From assembly GCA_951406725.2 (NCBI GenBank), contig OX597838.1, forward strand, positions 33,294,001-33,358,000: a stretch of DNA of 64,000 nt, in the 5' to 3' direction. The notes under the pieces were generated by a model. It did not search any database. It was given only the letters and a program-made list of their open reading frames with translations, and was not told where the DNA came from. Below are positions 42,867 through 57,865 of the stretch, piece after piece (position 1 is the first letter of the stretch; each line of letters begins with the position of its first letter). The stretch is from Octopus vulgaris. Its lineage: Eukaryota. The position numbers were made by a program, and so were the translations under genes.

Positions 42867-43175
42867 GGAGGCGCAATGGCCCAGTGGTTAGGGCAGCGGA
42901 CTCGCGGTCGGAGGATCGCGGTTTTGAATTCCCAGACCGGGTGCTGTGTGTGTTTATTGAGCGAAAACGCCTAAAACCTCCACGAGGCTCCGACAGAGAG
43001 TGGTGGTGACCCCTCTTGTGCTCTTTCACCACAACTTTCTCTCACTCTCTCTCTTCCTGTTTCTTGAGTAAAGCTGCGATGGACTGGCGTCCCGTCCAGC
43101 TGGGGGGGGGGGCACATACGCCACAGAAACCGGGAAACCGGGCCCCGTGAACCTGGCTAGGCTTGAAAAGGACGA
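42867..43175 (+). mobile_element. tRNA-head SINE family C
   Basis: ggaggcgcaatggcccagtggttagggcagcggactcgcgg head; other copies at about 39282-39430 and 59855-60020. Confidence 0.75.
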
Positions 43176-43182
43176 AAAGAAA

Positions 43183-44545
<1,363 letters not shown>

Positions 44546-45105
44546 TATATATATATATATATATCTGAAGCGTAAAAGATATGACAAAATACCTCAAAAT
44601 TCTCAGGATCCAGCTGTTTTGAAATCGCTCTCTGTGGGAGAAAAATCTGAACCACAAATCTCCCAAAATTCTTCTTACTGACTGTCGCAGACCGATCAGT
44701 CACACTTTACAAGTGACTTTGTTTTATGGTCAGCTGATCAACATACTACGTCACATGGTCATTTACCGTGACGAAACATTTCAAATATTCGAATGAAATC
44801 ATCGTTGTTTTTGGATATTTTCTGCGTAATTGTTTCTAAGAAAGTCGTAAACAAATGACTTTATTGAGAAAATATATAAAACGTCAAACGAAAGGATTAT
44901 ATGAGAGTTAAGAAATTTTGTTATTAAAACCACCGTCACACGGTAAAACATGCCAGAGTTGTTTGGATTGAGGTAAATAGGTAAATCTTTCAATACGATC
45001 AATGATGGAAATTCAGAATGGTGACTTGTGTCTAATTTTAGAAATATAGAACCGTGAAGACACACTCTTACATATACACACGTACTCACACTCGCGCGCG
45101 CTCAT

Positions 45106-45167
<62 letters not shown>

Positions 45168-45503
45168 ACACTAGTTGTCTTTCAAGAAAAAGACGTAGTT
45201 AATTACCTGGGTTTATGGGCTTCACATCTCAGCAAATTCCACGAAGGATTTTGCCTTTGTTTTTTTTTTTGTCCAATTTGGATGAATTTTTTAATACTTT
45301 ATGGGTCAAGTGTGGGTATGTGGATAAGATGTTTGCTCCCGAGCATGCGGTCCCAGGTTCAGTCCCACGGTGCAGGCTCAGACCTTAAACTGCGGAGGGA
45401 GTTTTAGTATCATCAATCTAGAGACCAAGCCTAAATGTTTGCAACTGATAGGACTCCAATAACGTGGCGGCCGTGTAGAGGCACCACCTTGAAGAGTTTA
45501 GCC

Positions 45504-46216
45504 CAGTAGTTCCCAAAATTTAGCGATACTGCCCCTCTGGAAGTGATGAGAATATCCAGAGGGGGCGTTGAAGAATAGTGAGGCGACAATGGGGTGGCCA
45601 AAAGGGAGCGAACGATGTAAAAACAACAAAATAATGAAGTTTTATTTGTGAAATACATTTGTTTTGAATTTGCTACAGAAAGTGGTCTAAGTCTGTGGTG
45701 GTGAGTTTGGTAGGAAAGGCGGCGAGCTGGCAGAAACGTTAGCACGCCGGGCGAAATGCGTAGCCGTATTTCGTCTGTCGTTACGTTCTGAGTTCAAATT
45801 CCACCGAGGTCAACTTTGCCCTTCATCCTTTCGGGGTCAATTAAATAAGTACCAGTTACGCATTGGGGGTCGATATAATCGACTTAATCCGTTTGTCTGT
45901 CCTTGTTTGTCCCTTCTGTGTTTAGCCCCTTGTGGGTAGTAAAGAAATAAGTATTTCGTCTGTCGTTACGTTCTGAGTTCAAATTCCGCCGAGGTCGACG
46001 TTTGCCTTTCATCCTTTCGGGGTCGATTAAATAAGTACCAGTTACGCATTGGGGGGTCGATATAATCGACTTAATCCGTTTGTCTGTCCTTGTTTGTCCC
46101 TTCTGTGTTTAGCCCCTTGTGGGTAGTAAAGAAATAGGTGAGTTTGGTAGGAAGGGTGTTAGGAATGTGACCTGGGTGCCGAGGGGCGGCAGCTCGACAA
46201 AGTTTGGGAACCACTG
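45504..46216. mobile_element. hAT-type MITE with nested SINE B dimer
   Basis: TIRs cagtagttcccaaa / tttgggaaccactg; 8-bp TSD gtttagcc (45496-45503) / gtttagtc (46217-46224). Confidence 0.75.
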
Positions 46217-46856
46217 GTTTAGTCGAACAAAGTGACCTAGTACATGTTTTTTTAAACAACTCTGTTACTTATTTTATCGAAGCAGGATTGAACCCAAAAC
46301 TTCATGATTGGGAAGCAAACGTCTTAATCACTTCTGCCCCTCTTTTTTTTTTATTTTACTGACAAATTCCCAATCATTTGATTTCGATGAAATTTTAATT
46401 TACACTTTTACACTTTTACTCTTTTTCTTGTTTCAGTCATTTGACTGTGGCCATGCTGGAGCACTCGCCTTTAGTCGAGCAAATCGACCCCAGGACTTAT
46501 TCTTTGTAGGCCTAGCACTTATTCTATCGGTCTCTTTTTGCCAAACCGCTAAGTTAGGGGGACGTAACACACCAGCATCACCTTGTCAAGCGATGTTGGG
46601 AGGGGGGAACACAGACACACGAACGTATACGCACACACATACATATACATATATATACACACATACATACATATACATAAATATACATATATACGACGGG
46701 CTTCTTTCAGTTTCCGTCTACCAAATCCACTCACAAGGCTTTGGTTGGCCCGAGGCTATAGTAGAAGACTGTTGTTCTTGTGGATCACTTTCTCTAAAAC
46801 AATTTTTGTCTGATTAAAATTAATTAAAATATTAATGTATTAATTTTATAAATTAA

Positions 46857-47250
46857 CTAGCAGTATCGCCCGGCGTTGCTCGGGTTTGTAAGAGAAATAA
46901 CTATATAAGCACTTTTAGAGATGTAAAGTATAATAGCCATCTCAATATGGCTAACCACAAAGGGGGTGTTACTGTAGCTTTTTACGTTCTGAGATTTAAT
47001 AATACATTTTTAGAGAGTTACTTCCCTTATATAAACCGAGCGAAAATGCATTAAAAATGCGGAAAAATTATGGTAAATTTTTTTAAATCGTAGACTCATC
47101 GTAGACGCGCGCTAATACCCAGAAGGGCTCGATATGAATCACGACTATAAGATACCCGGTTTTGGTTAAACTGCACCGCAAAATGTGGGAGTAGTTAGGA
47201 ATCTAAATCGTAGGAGACAGACACCACACAACCACACTTTTATATAGAGA
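46857..47250 (-). mobile_element. Non-autonomous Helitron-like element, copy 3 (with extra ~85-bp segment)
   Basis: TC...hairpin-CTAG termini in an A/T site; the extra segment gccatctcaatatggctaaccacaaaggg is absent from copies 1 and 2. Confidence 0.75.
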
Positions 47251-47569
47251 TATTAATAAAGGCGTAGGAGTGGCTGTGTGGTAAGTAGCTTGCTTACCAA
47301 CCACATGGTTCCGGGTTCAGTCCCACTGAGTAGAAAGTCCTACTGACAATTCTCTAATTGAGCCCTGCACTTCCAAGCATCGGCCCTACATTCCTGACGG
47401 GCTTCTACACAGCTTCCACCAACCATATTCACTCACAAGGCATAAATCGGAGCGGGGGGGCCATAGTAGCAGACATTTGCCCAAGGTGCCGCGCAGTGAG
47501 ACTGAACCCAAATTCGTCAAACCACATGGATGCAAAGCAAACATCTGAACCACCTAAGGATCAACTATA

Positions 47570-47977
47570 TCTCTTTACTCTTTTACTCTTTTACTTGTTT
47601 CAGTCATTTGACTGCGGCCATGTTGGAGCACCGCCTTTAGTCGAGCAAATCGACCCCGGGACTTATTCTTTGTAAGCCCAGTACTTATTCTATCGGTCTC
47701 TTTTGCCGAACCGCTAGGTGACGGGGACGTAAACACACCAGCATCGGTTGTCAAGCAATGCTAGGGGGACAAACACAGACACACAAACATATATATATAT
47801 ATATACATATATACGACAGGCTTCTTTCAGTTTCCGTCTACCAAATCCACTCACAAGGCATTGGTCGGCCCGGGGCTATAGCAGAAGACACTTGCCCAAG
47901 GTGCCACGCAGCGGGACTGAACCCGGAACCATGTGGTTGGTTAGCAAGCTACTTACCACACTGTCACTCCTGCGCCC
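47570..47977 (-). mobile_element. SINE family A
   Basis: Full length; another reverse copy at 46405-46768. Confidence 0.85.
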
Positions 47978-48523
47978 AAATATCATTTATCTAGTCACAT
48001 TTCTAGTTTCCTTTTAATGGTTTAGACGATATTTTCAAATTTGACTCATCGGATGCAACAAGATATTCTCGGTTGCCTCCCTTCCATTCTCCCTTCATTT
48101 TGTTTTACTCCTTTCACAAAATGATATGAAATCTATCTAATTTAACCTTTAAATTGTTTATCTACATCCTGTGTTAGCTATGTTTTTGCACTTTTGTACA
48201 TTTTATTTCTCAAAGATATTTCTATGATGTAACGTTATGTAACATTCCAGTAAGAAACATTAAATTTCAACAGTATTTTATTCGTCAGCAAAATACACTA
48301 AACTCATTATAAACTCGACTCATATTGCAGTATTAGAGGCCAAACTACTTGATTCTGTACACAGGCACTGTTATCCTTTGTATATGTTATCTGAAAAGAG
48401 AGAAATAAGATAGGAAATATCGTGCGCATATATAAGAATATACAAATATATGTGCATGTGCATATGTGTGCATATATATGTGTGTGTAGATCCAACCTTA
48501 ATGGAAAGGTAAACAATATTTGT

Positions 48524-48569
<46 letters not shown>

Positions 48570-48678
48570 GGTATCTCTTCATTTTACACCCTTCCTAATA
48601 TGCATTAGTTTCACTGGTTTCAGCCAAAGACTGCACCCAAGCTGGGGCATCACCTTTAGTGTGCTTACATTTAATTTG

Positions 48679-48724
<46 letters not shown>

Positions 48725-48852
48725 TATATATATTTATATTCGGGGTCGATAAATAAAGTACCAGTTTCGCACTGGGGTCGATGTAATCGACTTAATCCAT
48801 TTGTCTGTCTTTGTTTGTCCCCTCTATGTTTAGCCCCTTGTGGGCAATAAAG

Positions 48853-48919
<67 letters not shown>

Positions 48920-48923
<4 letters not shown>

Positions 48924-49700
48924 TAAATAAATGGAGTTGAACGCAGATGTTATTCAAATTCTTTTACTTTCGACATATGTTTCGAAGACAGCATTGGTTT
49001 TATTCCAAAGGAATAAACGGTGTAAAATAATGTGATCTTCTCATCAGGAAAGAAAGAGAACCCATCTCAACAACAAGATATAACAATTTTGATGACTGCA
49101 TAAATGATAAACAGAACGCTATTAAGTATTTTTTAAAAACCGTTAGTAGATCCGATGTCAAAGGTAGACCATAGAAAGAGAAGGGGTAAAGAAATAATGA
49201 GTTGAGAACAAATAAAGGAGAAATATAGAGGGATATGTTGGTTGAAAAAATGTTCAAACGCTTGGAAGTAGATTTCTCTATTGAAGTAAAGTGCAAGGTG
49301 AACTAAATGTTCAAACTATACAGACTGGTATAAATCACTTATATGAGCTAAAGGTGTGTTTCTGCCAGTGCTTACATTTGTAAGATCGCTCTATAAGTGT
49401 GATAACCAGGTGATTCTTAGACAAGAGATTATGGAAGAGTTCAGAGTTGCAAATGTTACAGAATCCTTTGCTCTTGTCATAAGGGAAAGATATGGACAGG
49501 ATGAACCAATCTAACTTAAAATTTTTATTGTTGTCTTTAAGATACCAAACCAATTTACTAAGCCCTGTGCTATTGCGTTTACTGCTATCCCTAAATGAAG
49601 AATAATGATTGGAAATTCTCTTAGATAACTAGAAAGAGGAAGCATCAATATACCTGTAGACATTTTACATTGGTATATAGAATTCTTAATCTTAGTTCTT
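48920..49700 (-). mobile_element. Penelope-like element 3' part (GIY-YIG C-terminus plus pLTR region)
   Basis: RISNHYSSFRDSSKRNSTGLSKLVWYLKDNN..LDWFIL..PYDK..FCNICNSE...KCKH-stop, followed by a hammerhead motif. Confidence 0.8.
48967..49052 (-). ncRNA. Type I hammerhead ribozyme (intact core)
   Basis: ctttc-CTGATGA-gaaga(47 nt)tcttc-GAAA-catatg-TC/gaaag: stem I 5 bp, stem II 5 bp, palindromic stem III, GUC cleavage triplet. Confidence 0.8.
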
Positions 49701-49707
49701 TCAATAT

Positions 49708-50280
49708 AAAATGATTCTTGGCTTTTAGAAATGACAAACCCAGGTGGTCACTTTTCCATTTACTCTCCTTTCAGATACACAGGCACACACCCTCTCACAA
49801 GACAATGATAAAAAGAAATCCAGACAATTTTTTGAAAAATAACATTTTACTCCCCTTGAAGTGACCACCTAAAAGCCAAGAATCATTTTATATTGAAAGA
49901 ACTGACCAGCTGCAAAGATGTCAACACATTTTTTCTTCTTTCTCTCTTCCTTCTTTCTTTCCTTCTCTTTTCCATTGACACTTCTTTCAGATACACAGAC
50001 ACCCACACACACACGCGCACATATACACACACACTCTCTCTCTCACAAGACAATGATAAAAAGAAATCCAGACAATTTTTTGAAAAACAACATTTTACCC
50101 CCCTTGAAGTGAACACCTGGGTTTGCCATTTCTAAAAGCCAAGAATCATTTACTATTGAAAGACTGACCAGCTGCAAAGATGTCAACACATTTTTCTTCT
50201 TTCTTTCTTCCTTATTCCTTTCCTTATCTTTTCCATTGACACTCATTTCAGATACAAAAGCACACACACACGCACACACG
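49708..50280. repeat. Local ~270-bp tandem duplication with a short inverted copy
   Basis: cacaagacaatgataaaaagaaatccagac and gaccagctgcaaagatgtcaacac each occur twice; 49708-49753 is the reverse complement of about 50107-50152. Confidence 0.7.
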
Positions 50281-51425
50281 CAATTTCTCTCACTTTCTCC
50301 CCATTCATCACCCTCTTGTACTATCTTATATATCTCTCCACCCCTACATACTCAATAATACTATAAAAAGAGACAAAACTCCTGAAAAAGTTCAATCTGA
50401 CGACTCCACTAGAGTGAACGCAAGCGCTAATATATGATTTATAACAACATGTGACATATTAATAAACATTAATAAACTTGGGCAAGTGTCTTCTACTATA
50501 GCCTCGGGCCGACCAACGCCTTGTGAGTGGATTTGGTAGACGGAAACTGAAAGAAGCCCATCGTATATATATACGATGATAGATATGTATATATATGCGT
50601 GTGTGTGTTTGTCCTCCTAGCATTGCTTGACAACCGATGCTGGTGTGTTTATGTCCCCGTTACTTAGCGGTTCGGCAAAAGAGACCGATAGAATAAGTAC
50701 TGAGCTTACAAAAGAATTAAAGGCGGTCCTCCAGCATGGCCGCAGTCAAATTACTGAAACAAGTAAAAGAGTAAAAGAGAATATATATATATATATATAT
50801 ATATACATACAGAGAGAGAGAGAGAGATTGAGCGGGGTGAGGGAAAGAGAGAAATAAATAGATAGATGAACAGCTACACAGACAGAATATGATATAATGG
50901 GAAATTTCTCAGCCATTTCAAGCAGGATGCAGAAACAGGTTAAGGGGCCTCCCCTGATGTTCCAGATTCTAGGAACAGGATCCACTTAAGGATTTCGTTG
51001 CTCACTACGACGAAAAAGTGGTTTTATATTTCTGAGATAAGTGGTCGAGTTTTATTGTTTTGGAAAGTGGTCATTGTTTTGCTGACATAACTGTAAGTAC
51101 CCATTAGAAAGCATTGAATAGTTTGTAACAAGAACTGGGCTACTAACAACAGATTTGCGATTACTTTTTATATTTCTGTCTTTCCCAAACACCACACACA
51201 CACACACAGACATGTCTATGTGTGTCTGAGTGCGTGTGTGTGTGTATGTATATTTTCTCTCGTTATTTTCTTTCCTTGTTTCTTTCTGTGTTCTTTTCTC
51301 TGGAAGAGCGTAGGCTCGAAACATTAAAGACTTTTTCACTTCCCGAGCGTTATACTAAAACATTTGCTTGTTACCTACACCACCTGTCTTCGTTTTCTGT
51401 TTTTTTTTTGTGAATTCTCCCCCTG

Positions 51426-51474
<49 letters not shown>

Positions 51475-51480
<6 letters not shown>

Positions 51481-51685
51481 ATACAATATGTTACATTACT
51501 GGTAGTCAAGATAAAACTCTGAGTTTCAGATGCCGAAGTGAAATCCACAACACCATCTCTTCGGTTATCTGGCTATTATCTGAAATAGCCAGATAACCGA
51601 AGAGATGGTGTTGTGGATTTCACTTGCATCTGAAACTCAGAGTTTTATCTTGACTACCGAGTAATGTAACATATTGTATAGATAT
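51475..51685. repeat. Near-perfect palindrome (~100-bp arms, 6-nt loop) made of two head-to-head hammerhead-like motifs
   Basis: Plus arm: agataa-CCGAAGA-gatg...catc-t-GAAA-ctcagag-TT/ttatct (51591-51650); mirror image at 51509-51570. Confidence 0.8.
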
Positions 51686-51742
51686 TTCCTCTATTTACAT
51701 AATATTGAGGTCTCTTTCTTCTTATATATCTTACCGTTTTAT

Positions 51743-51780
<38 letters not shown>

Positions 51781-52145
51781 ATAGAAATGGTAAGACAACA
51801 AAAGAATGAACGAGACTTCGATATTATGTAAATAGAGGAATTTATCTGTAAATATAATTGTCACATATATTTACAGATGTATATATATATATACATACAT
51901 ACATACATACATACATACATACATACATACATACATACATACATACATACATACGTATGTGTGCGTGTGTATGCATACGTACATACATATATTAATTAAG
52001 GCTACCATTTTGGAAAACAGCCTGTGTCTTCCAAAATGGAGGCGAACATCTTTCTCCATATGATCGGCTTGAAATATTGTTATTTTCCTACTTTTCTTAA
52101 CATGACACCAATGGCAGCCTTGATTCACAAATATAGAAATTGTAT

Positions 52146-52700
<555 letters not shown>

Positions 52701-53122
52701 ACGCATAAAAAAACTATAAAGAATATGGAGACTCGTACCTCATCAAATTTTTCTTTTTGGTCAAACAGCGAACGATAATCCAGGCAAGCGACCCTGGATT
52801 TACCCAGTGGAAGGATTACAGCTAGATACCAGATTGATAACACTCAGTGATCATTGATGTTCAGTACTACTTGATGCGGTTAACCGCATCAAGTATGCCT
52901 GAGAGCTAAGCTTGATTTTCAACCGCTAGGTTCCGGGTTCAGTCCTTGAGTAAGTGTCTTCTACTATAGGCTCGACGGACCAAAGCCTTGTGAATGGATT
53001 TGGTAGACGGAAATTGAAAGATCTCTGTCGTATATCTGTATGTGTGTGTGTGTGTATAAATACATGTATATATGTGTGTATACATATATATATATAATAC
53101 AAGCATATATATGTATACATAT

Positions 53123-53189
<67 letters not shown>

Positions 53190-53683
53190 TTATATATATA
53201 TATATATATATATATGGGAGAGTTAAAAAAAGACAAAAGACAAAGACAGGTGGTGTAGACAACAAACAGGTGTATTAGTATAACGCTCGGGAAGTGAAAA
53301 AGTCTGTAACGTTTCGAGCCTACGCTCTTCCACAGAAAGGAACACATACATACATGCATATATATACATATATATCTACATATATTTATATATGCATATA
53401 TATATATATACACACTCACATATATATCTATTTACACACATACACATATATATCTATTTACACACATACACATATATACATATGTGTATATATGTTTACA
53501 CACACACACATATATATATTCTTTTACTTGATTCAGCCCCGTAACTCTAGCCATGCTGGAGCACCACCTTAGACCTTATTTTTCTGATTCTTATTCTATT
53601 GTTATGAGTTATTATTCAGTTGTCAATCGGTGTTAGAGCGACGAACACAAACACACACACACACACACACACACGCACGCACA

Positions 53684-53782
<99 letters not shown>

Positions 53783-54113
53783 GACGGACTTCTTTCAGTT
53801 TCCGCTACTCACCAGACTTTGGTCGATCTGAAGTTATAGTAGAAGACAATTGCCCAAGGTGCCACGCGGTGGGACTGAACTCAGAACCATGTGGGATGTC
53901 TACTATATCGGGATTTTAACTTACATGGATCTACGCAGGATTGAACCTAAGGACTCATGCTCTTCTTTCTATAACCTCAGAAAGTTGAACTATGAACTTT
54001 TATGCTTCTGTTTTCTTCTGTCTTTCCGTCTCCCTCAATCTTTTACTCCCTTCTCTATGTCGTCATCTCATTTATATATGCCATTCGCATTTTCCTTATT
54101 TTTTCCATATTTC

Positions 54114-54167
54114 TCTCTGATGACGGAATAACCCATACTCGGGGATATCCCAGAAACAGCTGTAAGA
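54114..54167 (+). ncRNA. Minimal type I hammerhead ribozyme (intact core)
   Basis: tct-CTGATGA-[ggaata..ccc..ggg..tatcc stem II]-GAAA-cagctg-TA/aga; palindromic stem III and only 3-bp stem I. Confidence 0.62.
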
Positions 54168-55330
54168 TTTTATATCTTTTCCTATAATAATAGTATTGTA
54201 TACGACTTGTGTGGAGGCGCGTGGCTAAGTGGTTAGGGTGTCAGCATCATGATCATAAGATTGTGGTTTCGATTCCTGGACCGGGCGACGCGTTTTGTTC
54301 TTGAGTAAAACACTTCATTTCACGTTGCTCCAGTCCACTCAGCTGGCAAAAATGAGTAACGCTGCGATGGACAGGCGTCCCGTCTAGCTGGGGAACACAT
54401 ACGCCATTGAAACCGGGAAACCGGGCCCATGAGCCTGGCTAGGCTTTAAAAGGGTGCATTTATTTTATTTTATACGACTTGTGATGTTTGCCTTGCCTTA
54501 ATGTTTGCTGCACTGTTTAACAATTATATATCCGCTGCATATTTTATCAGAGTCATATTTTATCAGAAAATATAAACCCCTTTTGAATGCGTCCACCACA
54601 AATGACACTACTTAGAATAATACCTACGCAAATATTAAAATGGATATATTCAGAACCAGTCACAACACGAATTTATTCAGAACAATTCCAATCACTACTA
54701 TTACAGCCACAACAGGTCACTTTTAGGTCACTTGACCATTTAAGAGGATTCCTCTAACATCCTACAACTGTCATACCACTCTCGTATTTTTCCTCTTCTT
54801 CTTCTTCTTCTTCTTCTTCTTCTTCTTCTTCTTCTTCTTCTCCTCCTTCTCCTTCTCCTCCTTCTTCTTCTCCTCTTCCTCCTCCTCTGCCTTCTTCTTC
54901 TTCTTCTTCTTCTTCTTCTTCTCCTTCTTCTCCTCCTCCTCCTTCTTCTTCTCCTCTTCCTCCTCCTCCGCCCTTCTTCTTCTTCTTCTTCTTCTTCTTC
55001 TTCTCCTTCTTCTTCTTCTTCTTCCTCCTCCTCCTCCTCCTCCGTCTCCTTCTTCTTCTTCTTCTTCTCCGCCGCCGCCTCCTTCCTCAGCTACTGCTTG
55101 TTTAAACAATCAAAACTAACAACTCATATTATATTAAATATTCTTTTAGGACTGTTACCACCTACTACCAAGCCTTCAGAAGAGTAAAAGAGAGAGGGAG
55201 AGAGAGAGAGAGTGAGACAGACAGACAGAAAAAGGAAAATGTCCCTTGTATTTGATAACTATTGAGGTGTTTCTAAAAAAGCATTTCATTTAATTTTTCC
55301 ACAATTTAATTGTTTTTCATGTTTTACTCT

Positions 55331-55366
55331 AAGTTGAAAAAGTCACAATGACTGAAACCGGTACTA
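55331..55366 (+). ncRNA. Hammerhead-like motif with U3-A8 core
   Basis: ag-TTGAAAA-agtca caa tgact-GAAA-ccgg-TA/ct; homologous, more degenerate copy at 28607-28640(-). Confidence 0.45.
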
Positions 55367-55408
55367 AAATGTTCTTCACGATAAAATTATTTTAGCATTT
55401 TCTTATTT

Positions 55409-55471
<63 letters not shown>

Positions 55472-55472
55472 G

Positions 55473-55547
<75 letters not shown>

Positions 55548-55882
55548 GTGACCCCCTTCGGTCATGAATGGCGACGGGATTGCACCTAGAAAGTTCCCAT
55601 CCCAGGCACAAGTCCGGGCAAGGTTGCTTATGGAAGACCAGCAGTCGCCCATGCATGCCGGCCTCCCTTCTCCAGGCCACCAGTGTTATCTAAGGGAAAG
55701 GCAAAGGGGCCGATACAGTTTGGCACCCGTGACGTCGCAACTCATTTCTACTGCTGAGTGAACTAATCAACGTGAAATAAAGTGTCTTGCTCAAGAACAC
55801 AACACTCAACCCGGTCTGGGATTCGAACTCACGACCTCGCGATTGTAAGCTCGCCGCTCTAACCACTGAGCCATGCGCCTTC

Positions 55883-55936
<54 letters not shown>

Positions 55937-56119
55937 TCACACACACACACACACACACACACACTTATATATACACATAGCTATATAGATAGATTAATGT
56001 GTGTGTTTTAATCAAAGATTATACTTAAGTTTAAAATTTAAACTGCGTTTTGAATACGTCCTTAGTAGTATGCCAGGCAAAGCACGTTCACTGCTTATGG
56101 CTACCTGGTGTCATTCGCA

Positions 56120-56475
56120 GTAATTGCAGAATCGACGCTGGATCTATGTTAGGAATTCCTCATCCACTTCATCTAAATTCAGGACCAGGTACTGCAATGA
56201 TCTAGGCTTCAAAGGACCACAGCTCTTCAATGCCCTACCACAAAATTTAAGAAATCTGAATAAGGTGGAGGTAGGCATCCTCATCTCCACAGTGCCGGAT
56301 GAACCAACAGCCCGACATGAAGTCCGGTCGTGGTCAGCGGAATCAAACTGTCTTATACACCAAATGGGCCGCCAGTTGGGACAAAGGCACATGCGGAGTG
56401 GGAGGGTGGGGGTGATGTGAAGCACCCCAGACTGAGGAAATCAGCAAAACGACGGTGGTGCTCCAGCATGACCAC
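56120..56475 (+). mobile_element. CR1/L2-like LINE 3' end
   Basis: RTRYCNDLGFKGPQLFNALPQNLRNL...LISTVPDEPT...SNCLIHQ, then ggtggtgctccagcatgacca. Confidence 0.65.
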
Positions 56476-56504
56476 TGTGTGTGTGTTTGTGTGTACATGG
56501 AGAG

Positions 56505-57030
56505 AGAGCGAGTGAGCGAGTGAGTGAGCGAGTGAATGAGTGAATGAGTGAATGAGTAAGTGAGTGAATGAGTGAGTGAATGAGTGATTGAGTGAGGGAG
56601 TGAACGAGTGAGTAAATAAGTGAATGAGTGAGTGAGTGAATGAGTGAGTGAATGAGTGAGTGAGTGAGTGATTGAATGAGTGAGTGAGCGAGTGAATGAG
56701 TGAGTGAATGAATGAGTGAGCGAGTGAGTGAGTGAATGAGTGAGTGAGCGATTGAATGAGACAGTGAGTGAATGAGCAAATGAGTGAACGACTGAGTGAA
56801 CGAGTGAGTAAGTGAGTGAGTGAGTGAGTGAGTGAATGAGTGAGTGAGTGAACGAGTGAGTGAGTGAGTGAATGAGTGAGTGAGCGAGTGAGTGAATGAG
56901 TGAGTGAGTGAGTGAATGAGTGAGCGAGTGAATGAGTGAGTAAATAAGTGAATGAGTGAGTGAATGAGTGAATGAATGAGTGAATGAATGAGTGAGCGAG
57001 CGAGTGAATGAGTGAGTGAGTGAGTGAGTG
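56505..57030. repeat. (GAGT/GAAT)n tetranucleotide repeat
   Basis: Direct inspection. Confidence 0.95.
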
Positions 57031-57343
57031 GTGGGGATGGAGAGATGGAGAATGGTCTATTGAAGATTAAATGTGTTCAGATGGGAGGAAGGCAGTCAGC
57101 GTTAAATGACACAGCGGCCATCTGGGAACTTTCATTGACAGTGATAAGTGTGTGTGTGTATGTGTGTCTGTGTGTGTGTGTGTGAGTGTGTGTGTGTGTC
57201 TGTGTGTGTGTGTCGGTGTGTCTGTGCGTGTGTGTGTGTGTGTGTGTGTCTGTGTGTCTGTGTGTCTGTGCGTGTGTGTGTGTGTGTGTGTGTCTGTGTC
57301 TCTGTGTGTGTGTGTGTCTGTGTCTGTGCGTGTGTGTGTGTGT

Positions 57344-57419
<76 letters not shown>

Positions 57420-57728
57420 GTCGTCATAATATTTATACAGCAGGAAGAGTAGAATATAAAGGATGGTGGTGAGGGAAGAGCGTGAAGGAGAGAGGGAGTG
57501 TGGGGGAAGGGAGAGAGAGAGAGACGTTAAAAACAACAACAAAAAAACCAGAAATCACAGAAAATGAAAGGAAATATGAATTGAAGGAGTTTAGTTGGAA
57601 TGAAGAAAGTGCTTCGATAGGAAGGGACTTCGAAACTGATGATGTAAGTAGGAGGAGGAGGAGGAGGAGGAGGCATGTGTGTGTATGTATGTATGTATGT
57701 ATAGATACATTGATAGATAGATAGACGG

Positions 57729-57785
<57 letters not shown>

Positions 57786-57796
57786 GGTAGATAGAC

Positions 57797-57865
<69 letters not shown>

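Noticed and set aside
42867-42940. tRNA-like sequence (also at 10268, 39282, 54214, 59855)
   Set aside because: Each continues into a shared SINE body and lacks a complete cloverleaf; these are SINE heads, not tRNA genes.
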